A stretch of 62,975 nucleotides of DNA, counting the filler, from Folioceros fuciformis (lineage: Eukaryota), in NCBI GenBank assembly GCA_049999805.1. It is 8 parts of 8 records of this genome, joined end to end, with 100 filler letters (N's around TTAATTAATTAA, not from the genome) between each part and the next. Parts side by side here need not be neighbours in the genome. Positions count along the whole stretch, not along the records: positions 1 to 21,315 come from JBNGIO010001238.1; positions 21,416 to 33,304 come from JBNGIO010001244.1; 6 more parts are not named here. One strand, written 5' to 3'. This document shows positions 12,501 through 22,759 of the stretch, in pieces (the first letter of the stretch is position 1; each line of letters opens with the position of its first letter). The notes beneath the pieces are model-generated. The model was given only the letters and a program-made list of their open reading frames with translations. It was not told where the DNA came from and searched no databases. Position numbers and translations under genes: made by a program.

Positions 12501-13751
12501 CCTACGTACGCAGTCTCCACAATCTGCGCCGCTGGATCAGCAACCTGAGCTAGAATAGCTGGCACAGCAAGAGCAGCAATCTCCCTCCCAACATCGTTGG
12601 TCTTGAAAATGTCAAGCAGCGCGCAACTGACGTTCATGCAGGACGACAACTTGTGTCAGAGGGATGCCAAAATAGAGACAGCGTTCTGGTAGAAGTAGCA
12701 CGCTCTCTGTTGCTCTAGCCTGACTGTGGCCAGTGACGGTCTGCCACTGGGAGCTGCATTCAGCTCGGCCTCTCGGCCGAGCAAGGTGCTTTACAACTTC
12801 TGTACGAAAGACCCAGGAATCCCGTGAGCTATCATGTAAGGGTTAATATCATGTACCGGGCACTGTGAAAGAGGCCACCGAGAGGACCCCTGCCGTCATC
12901 GAAAAAGAATGGCGACGCATCCGTTCCGTCTGCACCCTCCTGAGTATCCAAACGAGCTGTCACAAGCTCCGTGTTCCTCCTCCGACCTCGCACTGAGCTA
13001 AGACCGCCTTTTTTCCGCCTGAAACTCCATCGCACATCATGGAAATTCCTGCCACTGCATCCTAATTGTGTTCTATCCTGTCCTTGGAAACCTCCTTCCC
13101 TTACAAAACCCCTGCTCCTATTCCTGGCCCGGGCAGCAGCCCCCTGGCCCAAGGCGGAGGCTGGCTGTTCACACCTCCTGCCATGGCACGTCACTGGGAA
13201 TCCAGCAGGTTTAGGAGCAGAAACGTGCGGATCCCGGACACCTGCAGCAGAAACAGCACACAAAACTCATCAGGCCCTGGTCCATCCCGATCCCCTCCGC
13301 TCCCTCGGCAAATGAGTCTCCATTTCCAGGAGAGGCAAAAACAACAAGCCGCCTAGTCCGTGGGCCTGCTCTACCTCAAGCTCAGCTGCGACACACTGTT
13401 CTCTAAGCAGCAAGCCCTCAGAAACGACTGTGCGAAACAACAATGGCAATGCAGGGACTAACAAGGCATCGCAGACGCAGCTCAGCAGTCAAGGCAATGC
13501 CAGGCAGCCAGCAAAGCATCAAACACGACCAGATCGACAGGGACAAGCAGCAAGGATCAGCTCCGGAGTGCGCCAAAGCCACCTCAAGTCCCACTGTGTA
13601 AGCGGAGGTGGTGGCTTCTGCCCAGGAGCAAGAGGAAACGGGCACATCACGAGCAGAGACAGTGGACGCAGGGCAGCCGGACAGTAACATGAGCGGCGAA
13701 GAACGACGCACCCGAGGGAGCAAGGGGAGGAGGGCGGAGGGGCAGAGCCAT
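9564..13751 (-). CDS. MATE/DTX transporter of the DinF-like FRD3/DTX42-45 clade with a probable plastid transit peptide
   Basis: Exon 1 13751-13712 (MALPLRPPPLAPSG), exon 2 13241-12857, alternative exons 12626-12493 and 12366-12245, then GPVELAAVGVSISIFNLVSKMFNIPLLNVTTSFVAED, QGVFRGFKDTKTPL, MAAHQICLQIWLATSLLSDALALAGQ, QPINALAFVFDGLHYGASDF, GTASGPW...; stop at 9566-9564. Confidence 0.93.
12245..12366 (-). other. MATE alternative exon B (122 nt)
   Basis: ctgccag|...|gtattg; encodes DAFRNDELGMEIAVIALPAVLALAADPLASLVDSAFIGRIG; phase 2 in, phase 1 out. Confidence 0.88.
12493..12626 (-). other. MATE alternative exon A (134 nt)
   Basis: cag|...|gtac; encodes CALLDIFKTNDVGREIAALAVPAILAQVADPAAQIVETAYVGRIG; phase 2 in, phase 1 out. 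The acceptor position is less certain than the donor. Confidence 0.75.
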
Positions 13752-14320
13752 GGCGCGCTCATGAGACCGGGCCAGGCAGCGTCAGGTGACAGTGAAAGAG
13801 CGTGCCGGTGCGAGGGCGTAACGGAGGAAGGCACGAGCCTAGTTTCTATTCCGATGGGTATGCGGCTGCTTGGCCTTCCTCACTCTCCCCGCACCTCACT
13901 GCTCAGCATTGCCACACTTATTGTTATCTAGACGGAGCCCCATCCCCGTCACCCGGGCTTCGCTTCGCGCACCGACCACGTGGACGACGAGTGAGCGCAT
14001 ACACATATGGGCACAAACTGTACGGGACTACATTGTATCGTCGTACACCAGTACATTCATACACTTACTTTCATATAGCCAGTAAAGTGGGCTGCTGAAC
14101 ATTCTCGTCTCCAAAAGGCCAGAAATTCTCAGAAATGGCCCAGAATGTCTTCTCTCTCTTATTCCACATTTCGGTGGTAAGGGCCGGAGGGTCAGAGCCG
14201 AATCACAAAAATGAGGTCCAAAGCAGTGCTCAAAGTAAGGAATGGTCTCTCTGCTACGAGGAGAACCAGTTTGGGATAGAGAAACGGTTTGTAAAACCTA
14301 ACGAAACCCAACGGACCTAT

Positions 14321-16086
14321 CTAACTGCCCGAACCTGCAGGGATGGCGATTCCTGACGACGTTCCATCCGCAAGCCTTTCATGCTCCTTATTTAATAGCT
14401 GCGATGACAGCAAATGAGCTTAATATCAGTCAACGACAATCACCCGGAAGAACATAGAAACAAGGGTAGCACATGAAAATTGCACTAGGTCCTAGACCTT
14501 GTTGTTGATTAGATTGTGAAGCGCAACCACGCTGCGGATAAGTGCGGAGAGGTAGATGACAAGCATCATATCATTTGTTTTCACTGTCAACCAGCATGGA
14601 ATGGGTAAGCCTCTCCCAATCAAAACATGAGCAAGATTCAACCCGATCTAGACAAGACTCTATGCATCAGGAGTGCGATCATACCCGCAAAAGCCTTGAT
14701 CAGCTCGTTTATATTCAGGTTGGGAAGGAGGTTAAATACATCCTGCACAGGAAACGAGCGGGTTGTAAGCCACTGCATGATGTGAAAGTTGGTCCTTCAG
14801 CTGGCACCTTTCTCGAAACCTGCAGCCAGCAAGGTCTTACCTGCAAGTGGTACAGGATCTCATGGTTCAGGGGAAGGTGCCCTTCCACGACATGGTCAAG
14901 GTAAGAATGGATCTCCTTCAGTCGAGCTTCCAACCCCTTCAATGCCACAATCTTTCCTCCTACCTGTGTACCAAACGAAGAAACAGACAAACAGTCAGGT
15001 AGGAACGAAAAGGAGAATCAAAGCAACCACAGAGAGCAGTTCCACCAGGTCGTGTTACCGTACCTCTGACGCCAGTGTGCTGACTGTCGCATCCTTCACA
15101 TCCCTTAGAAGGTGTTCCACTCCTGAAAAAGCGAAGACAAAGCAGCCATTTCAGTGCATAAGCGTAAAAAACTGTTGAAACATCCGTGAAAAGACACATA
15201 AAGATGTTAACATACCTATCTCCTCGGCTTCGTAGGCACCAATTTCTGAGGGAACGTGGACGAAGACTTTTTGACTCTTTTGGGTTGCATCCTGCAAGGT
15301 CCATCACATGTCAATGTGTGATGTATGTGAAATATGCATAATGCCAGTATTAACGCACCTCACCTCCTTCACTTCTTCAATAGCATAATACGCCTTGGTC
15401 GGAATTCCAAGCTCCCTCGGCTGCACGTCGATGATCACCAAGACAGGGTTTGGAGCATAACTGCAAACGAAGTTCCAGCTCCCCCCGTCAGCATTTCACC
15501 CATTTCTTGCTCATTGATCCGACAAAAAGAAGCTCACAAACGAAAACCACGTACTCTCGAAAAAGCTCGTGAATGTCCAAATCGTTCTCCCGGAGCCTTG
15601 GACCAGTGCTATACCATCCTACCACCTGCTCCTTTGCTGCACAAATACCAACACCCAGCGTCAGCCACCCGACAGACTACTCGTTCGAAAGAAACAGGAT
15701 ACACCGTCCAGCTCCTTCCCCACCGTTAATCCTCTTGAACATATCAAACATCTGTTCGTGATAGTTGTGATCCAGAAACCAGATACTTGCGTCCTTGTCA
15801 TCCTCCTCAAACGGCACTGCAAAGTCACCATTCCCCCACCCCGTAAGAGAGATTGCATGACCAAACCCTAACCCGAGAGAGCAAGACACATGTGCGCACC
15901 GGCGTAGCTGTTAGTAATGTCGAGGCGACCCCGGAAGGTGGCTCCCAGCAGCACCCCGAGCACGCGCTTGCGAGTGTCTTTGGCCACCCGATTGTAATTG
16001 TCCACGATGCTGAGAAGCACCAGCGGATGCACCACCACCTTCTCGATTACGTGCCCCGATCCCGCCTGGCTCACCACCACGTCCAT
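14321..16086 (-). CDS. RPN8: 26S proteasome lid subunit RPN8 (PSMD7, MPN domain)
   Basis: Ten exons. [95 protein letters not shown]; stop at 14323-14321. Confidence 0.97.
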
Positions 16087-16370
16087 CAGGGATTTCCTCT
16101 ACCGGCTGTGCTCTGGCTCCCGAGAGTCGGCCCTCCTGACGGACTGAGTAACTAAGTACAAATCAGGAACCAGAGCGAACGGACTTGCTTAACTTCGACC
16201 CGCGTGATGTATACGCTGCGCACAGAACGCTGGCACCAGACAGAACGGGATTTCCTTAACGCGGACCCAAGGGCTTTACTGGGGACACCGGTGACAGTGC
16301 CGACCATAAACATGTCTTGATCTTTGCCGCGTCTAAAGTTGTTGGAGCCTGGCGGTGAGCAATTGCAGGG
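16087..16370. promoter_or_regulatory. Putative bidirectional promoter between RPN8 and HslV
   Basis: Only 284 bp separate the two divergent start codons, and this must hold both 5' UTRs and core promoters. Confidence 0.6.
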
Positions 16371-18130
16371 ATGTGGGGACGGGGGCTCGCGCATGTGCGG
16401 TTGCTCCTCCGCAGTAGCCTAGGTGCGCGTTGCCATTTCTTCATTTCAGATCGTTTTGTCAGGGGCAGCCGCTGTTCCGAGATGGGAGGGTATGTCCATT
16501 TCCCAGGTTCCACTTGGGCAAGGCTTACATCTGGAACAGTCTGTGATTGAGATAGTTGGAATCTGCCGCGTCTGCAGAGAGCGTGCCGAATTACGGGTGG
16601 ACTGCCCCATCGAGTTCGGAAGCTGCTTTGAAGCATGGCTGGCGATTGAGGGTACCTGGATCCAAGTATGTTTCTTCGTACCAGTTCTGAGACGACAAGG
16701 ACTGAACACTTGACGTTCGCCAGTGGTTTACTGTGGATCTGCAATAAGGAGAATCAGTCATATGTGGAAATCATTTGGCAGGGACCGAGATATGCATTCC
16801 GACAGGGGCATGCTTGGAACGACGGTCTTGTGCGTGCGGAAAGGTGACAAGGTGCTGATCATCGGAGACGGTCAAGTGACACTAGGATCCGAGATAATTA
16901 AGCCCAACGTGAGAAAAGTCCGCAGAATTGGGGACAATGTCATTGGAGGGTTTGCTGGTAATGTTGACAGTTTGAGAATTGACATTGGAACTATGGTGCC
17001 GTCACCAATCCGGGGTGCGCTTTGACACTTGAGTCCATTTTGTGGCTGTGTAGGTGCAACTGCTGACTCTTTTACACTCTTTGAAAGATTAGAGACTAAG
17101 CTCGAGGAGCATCCTGGTATGTCTGAGACAGTGGCCTGACAATGGGTCCATTTGCAACAAAAAAGCTTATGTTTGTGGCATCTAAATCGTTTCCGTTGGT
17201 ATCATTGCAGGTCAGGTACAGTAGTGCCAGAACATGGCAGCTTGCTATTACCTTGCTTATTTGAAAGAGATTTGGCTATCGTAGTACGTTGGTATGTACA
17301 AGCCAAGAAACTTCTGCCTTGGATAGGTCAATCCTGGAGTAAATTTGAAGGTGTGTTGCAAACTGGCAGCTCACTCGTGCGGCTGTAGAGCTTGCAAAGG
17401 CATGGAGGACTGACAAGTACCTGAGGCGATTAGATGTGAGTTCAAGCCTTGCTTTGGATATGAAAAGAGTGGATGTGTACGTGGTGCCAGTCACAGGTAC
17501 CGTCTAAGAAGTATGTTTTCTTCATGCAGGCAGTGATGGTAGTAGCGGACTCTGAAATATCACTTACAATTACTGGGAATGGGGATGTTCTGGAGCCTCA
17601 CGATGGTGTTGTTGGTTAGCTCCTGCCGCATTCTCCTAGCGTTTACTGGACGGGCGCTTGCCTGCTGTTGTCAGTTGCGAAGCAAAATGTACTTCGGTTC
17701 ATGACAGTCTGGCTAGAATTGACCACCTTTCTGCTTCTGCAGGAATCGGTTCGGGGGGCTCATATGCCTCGGCTGCCGCCAGAGCTCTGATGGACTTGCC
17801 AGATATGGATGCAGAGGCAATTGGTGAGCTCCTGAGTTGCACATGATTTCCAAATCTCTTCATACCTTGTTCCTATGTGGCGAGCTTGAGCTATCAATCA
17901 ATTGTGAATAACAGCTGGAGCTTTTGACCTCACATCGTCAATGTTCATGCTGTGTAGCCAGAAAGGCAATGAAGATTGCAGCAGATTGTTGTATCTACAC
18001 CAATCACAACTGGACCATTGAGCAAGTACAGTCCAAACAGAAAAAAAGCGAACCAGTAGAAGTCGCCTCTGCCACCATTTCTGGCGTAGACGATGAAAAC
18101 TCCAAGAAGGTAGAGCAGGTTGGCACGTGA
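16371..18130 (+). CDS. hslV: ATP-dependent protease peptidase subunit HslV (ClpQ) with a putative mitochondrial presequence
   Basis: Exons 16371-16489, 16782-16957, 17054-17116, 17211-17215, 17370-17435, 17530-17614, 17743-17823, 17958-18130. Mature TTVLCVRK...GDGQVTLG...[17 protein letters not shown]...[24 protein letters not shown]...TGNGDVLEP...GIGSGG...[10 protein letters not shown]. Arg-rich leader [16 protein letters not shown]. Confidence 0.95.
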
Positions 18131-18864
18131 CAGGACTCTTGTGTAGCCGCGTATGCTGTGGAGGCGGTCGTGCGACTGCATAAAGTATGTCTTGTTCGAT
18201 TTTCTCAAGACGATGCTGCTTTTTTGGGGGTTTCCCAATCTCCTGCTCGGAAGCACTCATCTGTACGTAGTTAAGGCCACCAGATAGGCTATACGTCTTC
18301 CAATGTCTAACATATTTTACGATTGAAAGAATGCACACAGTCCTGCCTCCCCCGGCATGGTTGGAATTCGGTTCGGGTATTTCTGTGAGCTGAAAGGCAA
18401 AATTAACGGGGACTAATGGACGAGTGGGCGGGCGTGTTGCATGGCTCAGACGGTCAGGGATCAAAATGTTGGACGGGCCCCAGGCCCGAGCGCGGCCCAA
18501 TGATGCCGCAAGTCCTCAACTCCCGAAGCTCCTGGCCCAAATCCTCAGTTTGTCTACCTTCGACGTCTTTCACCTTCTCGCTTCCTTCAGCTCGCAGCCC
18601 CGGGCCGGCGCCTCTCGCTAGCGGAGGCTTGCGAGATTCAAGAGGTTATGCCACATGCGCTATAGCTTCCCAGAATTCTGTGCAAAGTTGGACACCTGTA
18701 AGCGGGAGAATTGACGCCATGAAAGTCCCGACGGCACGGAAATGGTGGCTACAGGAGGCGTGCACATTCATACGCACGCCTGTTGCCGGAGGAACTCGCC
18801 TCTTCGGAAGCTCGCGTTCGTAGAGGGTACGGTACTGGAATGTCAGCTCTCAGCCCTGTCCACA

Positions 18865-21289
18865 CTATCGTCCACGCTTGCTGTTTGGACTTCCCTTCTC
18901 CGAGGAGAAATTAAGGGATCTGCGCACCACACTTGGAGCGGAGACTTTCCCACTCGCTGGGCCACGACTTGCGTCGGCCTTCGGCAGAGAGCCCGCGTGG
19001 TTCGTTGCACCGGCTGGCTTACCATCGACCGGAGCAAAGACTGCGACCACCTGCAGAGCGTGGCACAAACACAAAAACTCACTCGGGGGGCGCTCGTTTC
19101 ATGAGGAGCAGCTGAATCTGGCAACATGAGACCGACAGAAGCGGACGTACCTCGCAATCTGGGTCGACTTCCACGCAGTCGTCCTCCTCGCCATCTTTGT
19201 CTTGCCCTTTGTTCCATGGCTGGAATGCCCCGGGTAGCATGGAATGCTGCAGACAAGCACTGCCGTGAGTCGAGCTCCTCCACAACTGTGATCATGGACT
19301 GAGGGTGCGTGCAGACAAGTGGACAGAGGACACAGCATATATACCTGAAGCCAGAAGAAAAAGCCCCGCAACAAAGTCAATTTTTCTGCCTTGTCTGTAG
19401 CGGATGACAGTTTCTCCGCCAGTCCTGGATAATCCAGAAGCCAGTCAGTACCAGGGCAAAGCTTCCCGGATTGGTACGTACGCCTGTGTTTCAACCACGC
19501 TCACCTGGGTAATGATCGAGGTACGAAAACCCTTTCTCTGTTGTCCTGCACACGACAACCCTTTGCCGCATTTGGCGCACCTTCTCCTTGGGCTTCCTGC
19601 GCTTCGCCAGGTCCATTCTGTCGAGTAGCTCTTGCTCATTGAATGGCTCCCTCACAAACGCGTCAAGCTTTTCCTGAAACTCATTGCCTTTCTCACCAGA
19701 GGGCCACCAATTGTCTTCACAGGGCTCACGGACCGAAAGCTAGAAATGCACATACCCACTGATCAAAAAGGTGCACCAGCATTAAGCAACGGAGGGGAAG
19801 CTGCGATGCAAACCTTGGCTACTCTTTCCCTAACCCTCCTTTTGGAAGGGGTGGGTTTCCACTGATCTAAGCTTCTCCTCGAGATTCGAGGAAGCTGTCT
19901 CTTCTCAGCTTGTGAGGTCAAGCTGCCAACCTTGTTTCCGTCCGTATTTCCAGGCTCCGAATCACTCAAATAAATAACATTCCTTTCAGTCGTGGTGAGT
20001 GTGTCAAAATACCCACAATCACAATAATCTCCAGACTCCTCTCCCTCCAGTGTGACACCAACTTCTTCGGAGTAACCAGGCGTAGCAGCTTCCCTGTTCT
20101 CTCTACAGAGACCATAAATTTGCGACATATCTCCAACATTTGCTTCGCCGAACTGCTGCGAAGAAATTGCCTGAAGACATTCCTCAAACCCAGTTACGCC
20201 TTCCTCCATTCCTACTTGCTCAAAACCAGAACCTAAATCGGTGGCCGCATGCATGCCTCGCCTGTTCGTAGTCTGATCCGATCCATCCTGGACGGAGAGT
20301 GCTATTTCAGAACCTTCTTTTTCGGAGAGAATATCTGCCACTGGGCCAGTTACTGCGGCAGGTACGTCTTCTCCTAATTCCAAGTTGGCCACTTCAAGCT
20401 CTTTGGCTAGCAATAGTCCAGAGCTAGGCGTCGGATCCTCGAGGACTTGCTGTGTCCCGGTAACATCAAACAAAACCTCCTCTACCTCGAACTTCACATC
20501 CTCGTGACTTGAAGCTAGTGCTGGGCCATCAGTGGTACATGAATCCTCTACATGACTAACGCGACGTGTCGAGTCCTCACAGACTTGACACGTTCCGGCC
20601 CCCTCGAGGACATCATTCACTGGCTCCGAATTCACGCTCTCGAGAATATGACATCCAGGTGGGGCACCAGCAGCACTAGAATTGGCTCCAACATGACCAT
20701 CGGTCTGGGGTTCCCCCGAGGCTCCACCTGCTTCGCCGACTGCGAGGACATCCTCCGCTCCAGCCACTTTCACAGTTCCGACACTCCGATCCGCTACTGT
20801 TGCTGCACCAGGGACTGCCTCAGCTGCCTCCACCTTCACAGCTTTCAGACTCCAACCCCCAGTTTCAGAGACAGCAGGGACATCCGCCGCTGCCCCAGAG
20901 CTCACATTGTTCGCTGTTCCAGCCACCTCTATCTCCACCTTCACAGCTTTCAGACTCCAACCCCCAGTTTCAGAGGCAGCAGGGACATCCGCCGCTGCCC
21001 TAAAGCTCACATTGTCCGCTGTTCCAGCCACCTCTATCTCAACCTTCACACTTCCGACTCTGCAACTCGCAGTCGGGGCTGGGCTCTCACCGGGTGGCAA
21101 ATGTGCTCGACGAAACGAGAGCTCCGAAACCGCCTCAAACCTGGTACGTCCCAACAATTCAGTCAGGCTGATACTCGTCATACCACCGACTTCCCATCGG
21201 AATGTCTCAAAGACCAACCGACCGCGACCTTCCCTGCCAGTTTCCACATCTCCGCGCCCAGCAGCTTCACCCTCCTCCTCCCGGGACAT
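18865..21289 (-). CDS. Uncharacterised plant protein with a long acidic disordered N-terminus and a conserved-looking C-terminal domain
   Basis: Large first exon (ORF 19763-21289), then spliced FQEKLDAFVREPFNEQEL...RKP...GFSYLDHYP|GLAEKL...LLRGFFFWLQ|HSMLPGAFQPW...DPDCE|VVAVF...KRGR; stop at 18867-18865. Confidence 0.75.
20831..21050. repeat. Two in-frame 105-bp tandem repeats (35 aa) inside the CDS
   Basis: caccttcacagctttcagactcc starts at 20831 and 20936, with a partial third unit at 21041. Confidence 0.92.
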
Positions 21290-21315
21290 CGCAACCCCAG
21301 CCTCCGCTTCCTCGA

Positions 21316-21415
21316 NNNNNNNNNNNNNNNNNNNNNNNNNNNNNNNNNNNNNNNNNNNNTTAATTAATTAANNNNNNNNNNNNNNNNNNNNNNNNNNNNN
21401 NNNNNNNNNNNNNNN
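21316..21415. other. Artificial assembly linker N44-TTAATTAATTAA-N44 (also at 33305-33404, 36918-37017, 41615-41714, 50918-51017, 56498-56597, 60521-60620)
   Basis: Identical 100-nt spacer seven times; the 12-mer puts stops in all six frames. Confidence 0.97.
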
Positions 21416-22759
21416 AATGACCGTTTTCCGGGACCCGCTTTTTGGTTGGTTTTAAAAATTGGCGGGCAGCCAACCCGGGTTTGGACTTATCCGGACCCGG
21501 CGTGGTGTCCGTTGCGGCACACGGAAGGGGGCGCGGACGGATATTCGGCCGAGCTGGAGCTGGTGAGGGAGACCTGGTATGTAGCTGTTGCTTATCTGCT
21601 TATCCGGCGGTTATGGCTGGCGTCATGCCGAGCCGGCGACGGCTATACTCCAGGTGGGACCCGGAGCGACCGCTCGATATTGCACAACGTGGGTGCGGTC
21701 CCGGGGCTGTAAGGCTCGGGATGGGCCGAGCCGGAGACAAGTCTGGTCAAGCGGACAGGCCCGGCCCGGGCCGGCCCTGGTGTTGTGGGCCATCCACGTC
21801 CTAGGACGCCCCACGATAGCATGGTCCAAAAAGTGAAACATGCCCCCTCGCCCACAGTCTTCCAGGAAACTCGGCCCCACCTCCGGGCTCCATTCTCCGG
21901 CCGTCTCTACAGTGGGTCAAGGATGCGGAATCGTAACGGAGGCATCGCCTTGTGTGCGTCAAATTTCCTTTCCGTGTTCCGTCAACCTACCTGCTGCTGC
22001 TGCATTCACAGTCGCAGCACAGCACAGAACAGCACGAATACATCAAAACGTGGAGATGAGAACACGGTGGTCGGGGGAGGGAGGCTCGGGCCGAGCCACC
22101 AGCCCGGTGGAGGTTGTTGTTCGTTGTACCTGATCTGGAGGGAGGGAGAGTTGACAGGTTGGTTTTGTGGTAGGATGGTTGGTTGGATCCGTGAGGTGGG
22201 GTCGTGGAACGGCGCACACACCTTCTATGACCACCACGAGTCACAATCCGAGGGCAGTGCAGGCTGCGAAATTCATGTCTTCCTGGCACCCATCTGGCAA
22301 GCACAACATGGGGCAGGGACATAATGCAGCCCGGCTGCATTATGTTCCTCTCCCATGAAGTTGTGGGTGAAGTTTCTTGGACGGGATACCACTGAAACAT
22401 GCGGGATTCGCAGGGGGGAGGTCACTGTACAGCTGGAGATACAGCAAGGCAAGGGGGAAGAACAAGGTGCAGCGGGAATGGAGAGGACGTTCTTGGACAG
22501 GAAACTGAAGAATTCAGGGTTGGAAGCATGGCCGTGACGAAGCAGATGACGATGCTGAAGGAGGTTAATAATAACACAGGACGCTGAAACTATCTGGGAT
22601 TCCAAGCATAGAGGTGTGCAGAATAGAGGAGTAGAAAGAACTGCATGATACAATAACGTTACCTGCGCTACAACAGGACCACAAGCAAAAATTGGGGGTG
22701 GTGGGGGGGCTGTGTGTGAAAACAAGCTCTGTGAATGAAGGCATAGATATCGCTCCAGT

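Noticed and set aside
16371-18130. HslV as bacterial contamination
   Set aside because: It has seven spliceosomal introns and a targeting leader, and is contiguous with RPN8.
21360-21371. Palindrome TTAATTAATTAA repeated seven times
   Set aside because: It is always centred in N runs, so it is an artificial six-frame-stop linker.
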